From a virus (lineage: Duplodnaviria > Caudoviricetes): a stretch of DNA of 37,580 nucleotides. The stretch is from positions 1 through 37,580 of IMG/VR virus record IMGVR_UViG_3300021560_000038; one strand, written 5' to 3'. A program made the position numbers and the translations under genes. The notes beneath the pieces were generated by a model. It was not told where the DNA came from. It saw only the letters and a list, made by a program, of their open reading frames with translations, and ran no database searches. Positions 9,085 through 16,829 of this stretch are shown here, piece by piece (the first letter of the stretch is position 1; the number at the start of each line of letters is the position of its first letter).

Positions 9085-9963
9085 GTGGTCGCCACTGCTC
9101 GCTCGTCCCAAGTTGTTAGCGAAGTTCTAAACAAGAACAATCGGGCACTGGCGACGCAAGTTGTCGTCGAGGTTCTGTCGGGCCACCCGGTTATACCGAC
9201 GGCGGTTGCGCGGGCCAGCCAGACCGTTGTGGAGGTCCTGTCGTCGGTCGCGACGCCGGCCCGGATGACCCAGATCGCTGAGGAGGTCTTGGCGCAAGTG
9301 TTTACCTATCCCAACCCAGTCCCGATCTATCCGACCACAAATCCGAACTTCTCCTATTCGGTCCATAAGCGGCCCACGTTTGCGACGATTGTTCAAACCG
9401 CAGTCTCGGGACGGGAGGTTTCGTCGGCCCAGCAAGCCTATCCGCTGTGGGAGTTCGAGCTGACGTATGAAGGTTTGCGCGAACAGACGCAAAATCAGCA
9501 GATTGACTCGTATATGGCGCCGCATGTGGAGTTGGAGGCGATTGCGGGGTTGTTTCTGATTGTCAACGGCCAATACGGTCGGTTTTATTTTGATGATTGG
9601 ACTGATGACTCGCGGAAGGGCCAGCAGATCGGAACGGGGGACGGCACAACAACGCTGTTTCGCGTGGTGCGGACGTTTGGCTTCGGCCAGGCAGCGTTTA
9701 CCGAGCCGGTGGGCGGCGTCAACATCTCCCAACCGCTCGCGGTTTATCTCAATGGTGTTGTCGTCCCGTCGGCCAACTACTCAATTACATCGGATAACCT
9801 TAACGTTCAGTTTAATACGGCGCCGGCGAGCGGCGCGGTGATTACGATGGATTTTTTCTTCTACTACTTCTGCCGATTTATCGAAGATGTTCAAGACTAC
9901 GAACAGTTCATGCACAACTTGTGGACGATTAAGGCGATCAAATTTCGGAGCGTGAAGGTCTGA
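9085..9963 (+). CDS. DUF2460-family distal tail protein (GTA-like) with N-terminal peptide repeats
   Basis: Motifs 'PTFATIVQTAVSGRE...YPLWEFELTY', 'IGTGDGTTTLF' and 'FNTAPASGAVITMDFFFYYFCRF' are typical of DUF2460. Confidence 0.75.
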   Translation: MVATARSSQVVSEVLNKNNRALATQVVVEVLSGHPVIPTAVARASQTVVEVLSSVATPARMTQIAEEVLAQVFTYPNPVPIYPTTNPNFSYSVHKRPTFATIVQTAVSGREVSSAQQAYPLWEFELTYEGLREQTQNQQIDSYMAPHVELEAIAGLFLIVNGQYGRFYFDDWTDDSRKGQQIGTGDGTTTLFRVVRTFGFGQAAFTEPVGGVNISQPLAVYLNGVVVPSANYSITSDNLNVQFNTAPASGAVITMDFFFYYFCRFIEDVQDYEQFMHNLWTIKAIKFRSVKV

Positions 9964-10892
9964 TGAAGCCCATTTCACCAACACTTCTTAATCTCCTAAC
10001 CAGCCAGCAGCGCTTTGGCGTGGGCGAGCTTTATCAATTTACTACGGTTTCGAACGTCAGCGATTACTTCACCTCGTTGGATATTCCGATCAATTTTGGC
10101 GGGAATGTCTATAAGGCGAACGCGCTGCGGATTGAGGGGTTGAAGTATAAGACGGCCGTTGGGTGGCAAGTTGACGAGCAGGATTTGAAGATTTCGGCTT
10201 TTCCGGGCGAAACGTTGTGCGGGTCGGAATTTCTCCAGGGCGTTGTCGAGGGCCTGCTCGACGGGGCGACCCTGACGCGCACGCGGGCGTTCTGGCCGGT
10301 TAATACCGGCGTCGCGGCGGTTGACTACAGCCAGACGCCAGAGACCGTTCAGCTATTCATTGGGCAGGTTTCGACGATAACGAAGATTGGCCGAACGTTT
10401 GCGGAATTGAAGGTCAAGTCGCCCATGCGACTTCTAGACATTGAGATGCCGCGGAACACGTATGAGCCGGGCTGTCAGTGGACGCTATTCGACGACTCGA
10501 TCAATACGGGTGTTGCCGGGGATGGGTGTACGCTGTTAGCGTCGAGTTTCCAGGTCTCAGGAACTGTAGCTACGGGATATACGACGGGGATTAGTCCGTC
10601 CGGCGGGGTGAGCCCGGTGACGGGCGGCGATGGCGCGCCGTATTGGGCGCAAGGTCGCATTCAATTCACCTCGGGCCAGAGAAATGGCTTCATGACGGTT
10701 ATCTCGTCGAACGATTCGGTTAATCTTTATTTTGCGTTCCCGCCGATCGAGGGAATATCGGCGGGCGACACGTACATTGCATGGCCGGGCTGTGCTAAGA
10801 CTGGTAAGGGCGGCGCTTGCGAACTCAAGTTTAATAATTTGGTTAATTTCCGCGGGTTCCCGCGCGTGCCGCCGGTTATGGTCTCAGCATAG
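9963..10892 (+). CDS. DUF2163/BR0599-family baseplate hub protein
   Basis: C-terminal 'WPGCAKT...CELKFNNLVNFRGFPRVP' and 'PRNTYEPGCQWTLFD..C' Cys motifs of the BR0599 family. Confidence 0.85.
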   Translation: MKPISPTLLNLLTSQQRFGVGELYQFTTVSNVSDYFTSLDIPINFGGNVYKANALRIEGLKYKTAVGWQVDEQDLKISAFPGETLCGSEFLQGVVEGLLDGATLTRTRAFWPVNTGVAAVDYSQTPETVQLFIGQVSTITKIGRTFAELKVKSPMRLLDIEMPRNTYEPGCQWTLFDDSINTGVAGDGCTLLASSFQVSGTVATGYTTGISPSGGVSPVTGGDGAPYWAQGRIQFTSGQRNGFMTVISSNDSVNLYFAFPPIEGISAGDTYIAWPGCAKTGKGGACELKFNNLVNFRGFPRVPPVMVSA

Positions 10893-10909
10893 AGAGAAAG
10901 AGAGTTCGT

Positions 10910-11113
10910 GTGTCGGACCGCGAACGGTTTATTATCGAAGCGCTTCAGGTTGTGAAGGAATCCACGACCGATGCGGGATTTAACGATTTGATGAGCGAGG
11001 CGATGTTTCGGTTGAGCGGGAAAAATTGCCCGCGGTGCGGCGCGGCGGTAATTCCCGACTTGAAGAGGCCGAAACACAACTGTCGGATAATAGAATGCCC
11101 CTACCTTTTGTGA
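10910..11113 (+). CDS. Small hypothetical protein with a Cys/Zn-ribbon-like C-terminus
   Basis: GTG start after AG-rich RBS. Contains CPRC...HNC..EC and fills the gap between the hub and NlpC genes. Confidence 0.5.
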   Translation: MSDRERFIIEALQVVKESTTDAGFNDLMSEAMFRLSGKNCPRCGAAVIPDLKRPKHNCRIIECPYLL

Positions 11114-11595
11114 ACAAGAATGCGGGACTGTCGGTCGATGACCAGCGACAAATTGTCGTCAACGAGGCCCAAAAGTGGATCAACACACCTTATCTATCTA
11201 ACGCTGACGTATGTGGTGCTGGTGTTGATTGCGGCATGCTCTTGGTTCGGGTTTTTGTAGACGCCGGCTTCGTCGCGCCGTTCGACCCGCGGCCCTATCC
11301 GGCGCAGTGGGCGCTACACCAATCGGCAGAAATTTATCTTTCGATTGTGCAGCAATTCACGACGGAAATTACGCCGCAGAAGCCCCTTCCGGGGGATATT
11401 GCATTATTCAAATTCGGTCGTTGCTACGCCCATGGGGCGATCGTGACGGAGTGGCCGTGGCTAATTCACGCCAACCCAAACGCGGATCGTCGAGCGCCTT
11501 GCCGCGTCGACAATGCGGAGACCAATTCCGACTTGATGTTCCGGCCACCGCGGTTTTTTACGATCTTCGCTGCCACGACGCGGGAACAGCGGTAA
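11095..11595 (+). CDS. NlpC/P60-family tail-associated peptidase
   Basis: 'WINTPY...GVDCGMLL...PGDIALFKFGRCYAHGAIV...LIHA' carries the Cys-His-His signature of phage NlpC/P60. Start codon uncertain. Confidence 0.85.
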   Translation: MPLPFVNKNAGLSVDDQRQIVVNEAQKWINTPYLSNADVCGAGVDCGMLLVRVFVDAGFVAPFDPRPYPAQWALHQSAEIYLSIVQQFTTEITPQKPLPGDIALFKFGRCYAHGAIVTEWPWLIHANPNADRRAPCRVDNAETNSDLMFRPPRFFTIFAATTREQR

Positions 11596-11601
11596 GTCTC
11601 G

Positions 11602-13851
11602 ATGGGGTTCCTTTTCTCTAGTAAGAAAAAGCATGCGCCGCCGGAAATTACCGGACTTCAGCTGCAAACCGCCGTCAACGTTTTGCCCATTCCGATTGTT
11701 TATGGCTCGCCTAGAATTCCAATCAACATAATTTACGCCAATGGGTTTAACGCGAAGGCGATTAAATCTAGTGGCGGGAAGGGGTTGCTGACGGGCGGGA
11801 AGGGCCAAACCACCGGATATAACTACTATTGCTCGTTCATCGGCGCGCTGTGCGAGGGCGAAGTCGGGCCGATCATCGGCATCTTTGACGATCAAATGGT
11901 TTACGATTTGTCGCGCGTGCCGAGCGGCAAGAACTACACGCTTTATAACGGAACGGCGACGCAGACGCCTAATATCTACATTGTAAATAATTGGCCGAAC
12001 GATGCGTTTGCCTACAAAGATACTGCGTATATTTGGTGCTATAACTACCTTCTTGATTCCTCGGCCACGGTGCCGCAGCTTAATATACTTACCTTCGGTC
12101 CGCACGCCGGCTCGATGCCGCTGTTTCCGTTCACGAGTCCTGATGGGGCCTATACGAATGTTTCGCTCGACGCCAATCCGGCAGAATGCATCTATGACTT
12201 CTTGACTAATGAGCGGTATGGGGTCGGGTTTCCAGCGAACTATATCGACACCACCACGCTACTCCAGCAGCCGAACGGAATTGTGGCTGGGGTTGGCAGC
12301 CCCGACGTAGATTGCTACTGCCAGGCGGTGGGGCTGGGTTGGTCGGTAGTTCTAAACACTGCCGAGGCGGCGAGTTCCATTCTCGACCGCTGGTGCAAGA
12401 ATTTGGTTGTGGCGCCCGTATGGACGGGGACGATTTTGAAGTTCTTCCCGTATTGGGACACGTATGCGGATGGTAATCCGGGCTATTATTCCGGCCAGCC
12501 GGTCCCGCGCAAGTACTATAATCCGAATATTGTTGTCTTGTTCGATTTGAACGATGATGACTATATCCAAGCCGCGCAGGCCGAAGACCCGCTGACGGTG
12601 TCGCGAGTTGACGTGGCCGATGTGAAGAACGTGGCGCGAATCGACTTCAAGGATCGGAATAACGAATTTAATGCTAATGTGGCCGAGGCGAAGAACGAGG
12701 TCTTGGTTCAGATGTATGGGCCGAGAGTCGATAAGATGGGCCAGGCCGACGAGTTTACGCTGAATGTCTATGCGCAAACGTCGGTGAACGCACAGCTTCA
12801 ACGCGATATTGCGATCCGCAATACGTTTACCTTCCGCCTCGGGTGGCAATGGTGCATTCTCGACCCGATGGACATCGTTACTGTAACTGATGCGAATTTG
12901 GGTCTTAATAAGCAGCCGGTGCGGATTACGTCGATTGAGGAGGATGAGAAGGGGATTTTGACCATTGTGGCCGAGGAATTTCCGATGGGGAGCGCCACGG
13001 CGACGCTCCACCCGTCGGAATCGAACTCGCCACCGATGAATTTTCAGACAAACATAACGCCACAACAAGTAAATCCGCCGGCGATTTTCGAGCCGACGCC
13101 GGCCGCCCTGGCCGCAGAGAGCGTTTCGAGTCCGCAAGTTGTGGTCGGGTTGTGCGCCGGGCCGAGCGGTGCGTTCGATCCGAACTGGGGCGGCGCGAAC
13201 ATTCTCGCCAGTATTGACAACGTAACTTACGAACAGGTTGCGGTTATTAATGGGCCGAGTCGGATGGGGACGCTGGGCGCCGTTTTGCCAGCGTTTAGCG
13301 GTGCTAATCCCGACTCGACAAACACCCTCAACGTGGATTTGACCGAGAGCGACTCGGTGCTGGAGACGGTTACGTCAGATCAGGCGGCGGCCGCGCTGTC
13401 GGCATGTGTAGTTATTGATCCGAATGGCGATTTTGAAATCCTGAGCTACACCACCGCCACGTTAACCTCTCCGAGCGTTTTTAACCTGACGGGACTTTAT
13501 CGCGGGTTGTATGGGACGATCGCGTGCAGCCACCCGATCGGGGCGATCTTTGCCCGATTGGATGCGTTCGTCAGTCAGATTCCCCTGCCGCCGCAATGGA
13601 TTAACCAACAGCTTTATTTCAAATTTCAGAGCTTCAATATATACTTCACCGATGAGTTAGACTCTAGTATCTTGACGGCATATACGTACACTCCCGTCGG
13701 GAACGGGATTGATCTCTCGACGAATACGATTAATCTTCAGCTTCTGTCGGGCAACCCGGTTGATTTGGATACGGGAAGCGCGAGTTTGGACCTGAGTGTG
13801 GGTAGTAGTGGCGGGTGCGCGCCGATAACGTTCGCCGTCGATCTCAACTAG
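11602..13851 (+). CDS. Tail-tip/central tail protein (host-specificity J / GTA-like phage-tail_3 type)
   Basis: Motifs 'LPIPIVYGSPRI', 'ALCEGEVG', 'DANPAECIYDFLTNERYGVG', 'LDPMDIVTV' and 'LTGLYRGLYGT'. Confidence 0.8.
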   Translation: MGFLFSSKKKHAPPEITGLQLQTAVNVLPIPIVYGSPRIPINIIYANGFNAKAIKSSGGKGLLTGGKGQTTGYNYYCSFIGALCEGEVGPIIGIFDDQMVYDLSRVPSGKNYTLYNGTATQTPNIYIVNNWPNDAFAYKDTAYIWCYNYLLDSSATVPQLNILTFGPHAGSMPLFPFTSPDGAYTNVSLDANPAECIYDFLTNERYGVGFPANYIDTTTLLQQPNGIVAGVGSPDVDCYCQAVGLGWSVVLNTAEAASSILDRWCKNLVVAPVWTGTILKFFPYWDTYADGNPGYYSGQPVPRKYYNPNIVVLFDLNDDDYIQAAQAEDPLTVSRVDVADVKNVARIDFKDRNNEFNANVAEAKNEVLVQMYGPRVDKMGQADEFTLNVYAQTSVNAQLQRDIAIRNTFTFRLGWQWCILDPMDIVTVTDANLGLNKQPVRITSIEEDEKGILTIVAEEFPMGSATATLHPSESNSPPMNFQTNITPQQVNPPAIFEPTPAALAAESVSSPQVVVGLCAGPSGAFDPNWGGANILASIDNVTYEQVAVINGPSRMGTLGAVLPAFSGANPDSTNTLNVDLTESDSVLETVTSDQAAAALSACVVIDPNGDFEILSYTTATLTSPSVFNLTGLYRGLYGTIACSHPIGAIFARLDAFVSQIPLPPQWINQQLYFKFQSFNIYFTDELDSSILTAYTYTPVGNGIDLSTNTINLQLLSGNPVDLDTGSASLDLSVGSSGGCAPITFAVDLN

Positions 13852-13883
13852 ATTTAACCGAGATTTAAGCGAGGATTGGTCCT

Positions 13884-15164
13884 TTGCCGGAAATTCTGCA
13901 ATTCCGCCGCGATAACACGACTAACCGGATGTCGGTCACGCCAGCGGACGGCGAGTTGTTCTTCGATCAGAGTATGCGGAAGCTATTTGTCGGGAATGGT
14001 TCGTTGGCAGGTGGTCAGCAAACTGACGGCATAGTCGATTTCAACTACCAAACCGGAGTGACGAGTTATACGATTTTAACAACTGATGTTGAACATATGA
14101 TTGTGTTCAACACGGCAGTGGCGGTCGCGGTCACGCTCAATCCGCCGACAACGACGTATATTCCGGCCCGATCGAAGTTCTGGGTTGCTAATCTTGGGGC
14201 GGGAACGGTCACGGTTACGGGAGTCAGTTGCGGAATTAACGGGGCAGCGTCGATCGCCCTGCAAACCCACCAGGCAGCCGTGATAATAAGCGACGGGTCG
14301 AATTATTATGCTGTGAGTGGGGGAACTGGCGGCGGCGGCCCATCGCCGGCGAACCCGACCGCCACAGTCGGCTCGACGGTTGTGAATGGTTCTGCGACGA
14401 CGTTTATGCGCTCGGATGCGGCGCCGCCATTATCGACGACGGGTGTTACGGCCGGAAGCTATACCAACGCGAACGTGACGGTCGATGCGAACGGGCGAAT
14501 AACTGCGGCCGCCACCGGAGGCGGTGGATCTGGTAGCGGACTTTGGGCCGCCTCGATCGGTAGCGTAGTTCCGACGCAGGCGAACACTGGATTTACTAAT
14601 TGGTTGAACCAAGGCACGGCGACGGTTGCCAATCGACAGAACGGGTTTTCGCTGACGGCGCCTGCGGGCACCGGCGACAACATGCGGATTTTGTATCAGG
14701 CAGCGCCAGCCCCGCCCTACAGCCTGCGCATGCTAGTGAGCATGACCTATCAGCAGGCAAATTATCAGACTGTTGCATTTGGCTGGGTGGCAGGTTCGCC
14801 GCCCACCCTGTCGAGCCGCATGCACTTTATAAGCTTTACCACTGATAGCGGATTGAATAGTGGTGGGTTGACGATCGGGGTTGCGCATTGGACCTCTCCC
14901 ACTAGTTCGACGGGTGGGATTGATACTAGTGAGTGGGCTAGTGGAAACCCGCATTGGTTTATGATAACGGATGATGGGACAAATTTTTCCTTTAAGGTTT
15001 CGGCATCGGGCGATGCCAATGATTTTGTGACTATATTCACCGCGGCAAAAGCTGGAAGCTGGCTCGGTGCCACCGGGTTTAACCAGGTCGCGTTGTTGGT
15101 AAACCGTAACAACAACGTCGGGGCCACGCCAAATATTGCCACCGTTATGTTTTATGGTCCGTGA
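13884..15164 (+). CDS. Tail fibre/receptor-binding protein
   Basis: N-terminal 'LQFRR...TPADGELFFD...LFVGNG' fibre-attachment motif, 'GVTAGSYTNANVTVDANGRITAA' repeat motif, Gly linkers and a beta-rich C-terminus. Confidence 0.75.
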   Translation: MPEILQFRRDNTTNRMSVTPADGELFFDQSMRKLFVGNGSLAGGQQTDGIVDFNYQTGVTSYTILTTDVEHMIVFNTAVAVAVTLNPPTTTYIPARSKFWVANLGAGTVTVTGVSCGINGAASIALQTHQAAVIISDGSNYYAVSGGTGGGGPSPANPTATVGSTVVNGSATTFMRSDAAPPLSTTGVTAGSYTNANVTVDANGRITAAATGGGGSGSGLWAASIGSVVPTQANTGFTNWLNQGTATVANRQNGFSLTAPAGTGDNMRILYQAAPAPPYSLRMLVSMTYQQANYQTVAFGWVAGSPPTLSSRMHFISFTTDSGLNSGGLTIGVAHWTSPTSSTGGIDTSEWASGNPHWFMITDDGTNFSFKVSASGDANDFVTIFTAAKAGSWLGATGFNQVALLVNRNNNVGATPNIATVMFYGP

Positions 15165-15180
15165 GGGAGGCTCGCCTCGA

Positions 15181-16023
15181 ATGGATTATTTTCTTGGGCT
15201 CGACGCCTTAAGTCCCTTCACGAATTCGGCGCAGCAGATTGCCGACGCGGGCTTCACCTACGTCCTGCGTTATTTGAAGAATCTGACCAGTGACGAAGTC
15301 CGCACCCTGCTCGATGTTGGGGTCGCGATCGGGCTGATCTTCGAGCAAGGTACGGGTAATGCGTTTAATGGTGCGTCGCAAGGCGGGACGGATGGCGCTG
15401 TGGCGCTCGCCCAAGCCCAGGCACTCGGGGCGCCAGACGGAACCACAATATTCTTCACCGTCGATGGTGACCTCGACCCGCAGCATAGCTCGGCGCAACT
15501 GGCGGCGATTGGCAGCTATGGCGTCGCTTTCGCCGCGGCGATAGATCCGTATTTGGTTGGCGCCTATGCGTGCGGAACCGTTCTATATCAGTTCGATTTG
15601 GGCGTCTCGTGGCTTGCGGGGGCGATGGGTTGGTCGGGATCACACAGTTACGATAATGATGGGCTTTGGACGGTGAAGCAGGGGCCGACGCTATCGCATG
15701 GCGGGACATGGTGTGGAGTGCAGTGGCCGGACCTCGGTCGCGAATATGACCCCGATCTTGCAACTAATCTTGAGTGGGCGTGGCAGCCGGCGGGCGGTAT
15801 TTTGCCGCGTCCACAACTTCCAACGCTTCGTAGGGGCGATAGTGGACGGGCGGTGGTAATTCTGCAAGATTTGCTCAACCGCCATCCGATCGTGGTTGAT
15901 GGGGATTTTGGCAAGACTACTGATTATCGGGTTAGGGCGTTCCAAGCTCAGTCGGGTCTGACCGATGATGGCATTGTCGGCCCAAAGACTTGGGACGCCC
16001 TGTTGAAGCCGGTGAGTCGATGA
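15181..16023 (+). CDS. Endolysin: DUF1906/GH25-like catalytic domain plus C-terminal PG_binding_1 domain
   Basis: ATG at 15181 after GAGGGAGG. Catalytic part: 'RYLKNLT..EV', 'AQALGAPDGTTIFFTVD'. Binding part: 'LRRGDSGRAVVILQ...DGDFGKTT..VRAFQ..GLTDDGIVGPKTW'. Confidence 0.85.
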   Translation: MDYFLGLDALSPFTNSAQQIADAGFTYVLRYLKNLTSDEVRTLLDVGVAIGLIFEQGTGNAFNGASQGGTDGAVALAQAQALGAPDGTTIFFTVDGDLDPQHSSAQLAAIGSYGVAFAAAIDPYLVGAYACGTVLYQFDLGVSWLAGAMGWSGSHSYDNDGLWTVKQGPTLSHGGTWCGVQWPDLGREYDPDLATNLEWAWQPAGGILPRPQLPTLRRGDSGRAVVILQDLLNRHPIVVDGDFGKTTDYRVRAFQAQSGLTDDGIVGPKTWDALLKPVSR

Positions 16024-16217
16024 AGCTGGCGCTCTTTCTCGCGCTCGCAGGTCTCGCCTTGAGTTCGTGCAAGATGCTTGAGATTCCGCCGGCGTGCTCT
16101 AATGCGGTTTTTATCATAGTGTCGCATTCTGTTGTCGTGTTTAGGGATTGCGCCCAGAAAGATCCTCCACCTAAGAAGTCTTGGGCGCCGATCGTGAGGT
16201 ATTCGGCGGTTCAATAG
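16020..16217 (+). CDS. Small lipoprotein, candidate spanin component
   Basis: MKLALFLALAGLALSS-C signal peptide with lipobox. ATGA-coupled to the endolysin. Pro-rich tail. Confidence 0.55.
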   Translation: MKLALFLALAGLALSSCKMLEIPPACSNAVFIIVSHSVVVFRDCAQKDPPPKKSWAPIVRYSAVQ

Positions 16218-16234
16218 CGTCTCCCCTGCCGCCG

Positions 16235-16290
16235 AAAAACTCGGAGGAAGGAAGGACTGGACTTAGTCTTTCCTTCCTCCGCTTTTTTTA
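16235..16290. terminator. Bidirectional rho-independent terminator between the convergent arms
   Basis: Stem CGGAGGAAGGAAGGACT / AGTCTTTCCTTCCTCCG (16242-16281), with a T7 run after it and an A5 run before it. Confidence 0.85.
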
Positions 16291-16473
16291 TGTCTGGAGC
16301 CAGTCTTCGCGACCTAGAAATCTTAAGAATTCTAGCGTCATCGGGTTCTTACACCAGCCCGAGTCGAAGGCTTCCCTGTCACGGCCACAGTCGATGCACC
16401 AGGCGCCCGCCCAACGGCAGCGGAGCGTGCCGGGAATGAACGGTTCGAGGAGAGTTTCGCCCCCGTCGCTCAT
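16288..16473 (-). CDS. Small hypothetical protein (CxxC)
   Basis: 61 aa, coupled to the upstream ORF, ends at the terminator. Confidence 0.45.
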   Translation of the reverse strand: MSDGGETLLEPFIPGTLRCRWAGAWCIDCGRDREAFDSGWCKNPMTLEFLRFLGREDWLQT

Positions 16474-16811
16474 AGTTCTGTCTCGGTCTTGAGTTTGAAA
16501 AGCTCCTGTTGATAGCTTTCGATAATGCGTTTGAGGATGAGAACTTGGGTGTTGTGGGCGGCCGCGACGGCCTTAGCGGCGTCTTTATATTCTCTCACCG
16601 AGGCGGCGATCGTCTGATCGTCAGACATAGAGAATATGAGATCGTCGATGGACGTTTGTAGGAATTCGTTCTCGGCTTTGAGCCGCTTGTTCTCGCTGAG
16701 AAGGTCGTCAACCATGGCGCCGATTTTCGCTATGGTCGCCATGGCTTCATCATAGGTTGAGATCGTAGCCGAGGCTTCGTTTTTGGTTTCGTCTTTGGTT
16801 TGGTCTTTCAT
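16470..16811 (-). CDS. Hypothetical coiled-coil protein
   Basis: 113 aa with AGGAG RBS and a heptad-like 'LLSENKRLKAENEFLQ' segment. Confidence 0.65.
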   Translation of the reverse strand: MKDQTKDETKNEASATISTYDEAMATIAKIGAMVDDLLSENKRLKAENEFLQTSIDDLIFSMSDDQTIAASVREYKDAAKAVAAAHNTQVLILKRIIESYQQELFKLKTETEL

Positions 16812-16829
16812 GAGTCGGAATTCTCCTTT

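Noticed and set aside
4169-13137. Long antisense ORFs opposite the structural genes, and similar plus-strand ORFs opposite the replication genes
   Set aside because: These are shadow ORFs expected in GC-rich coding DNA. They are Arg-rich, carry no motifs and fully overlap well-supported genes.
15961-15978. 14/18 match between the reconstructed guide target GTCGACGATGGCATAGTC (unit at 34058-34084) and the phage's own endolysin sequence ACCGATGATGGCATTGTC
   Set aside because: It is tempting as targeting of a related phage's endolysin. However, with ~37 guides against both strands of 37 kb, several 14/18 matches are expected by chance.
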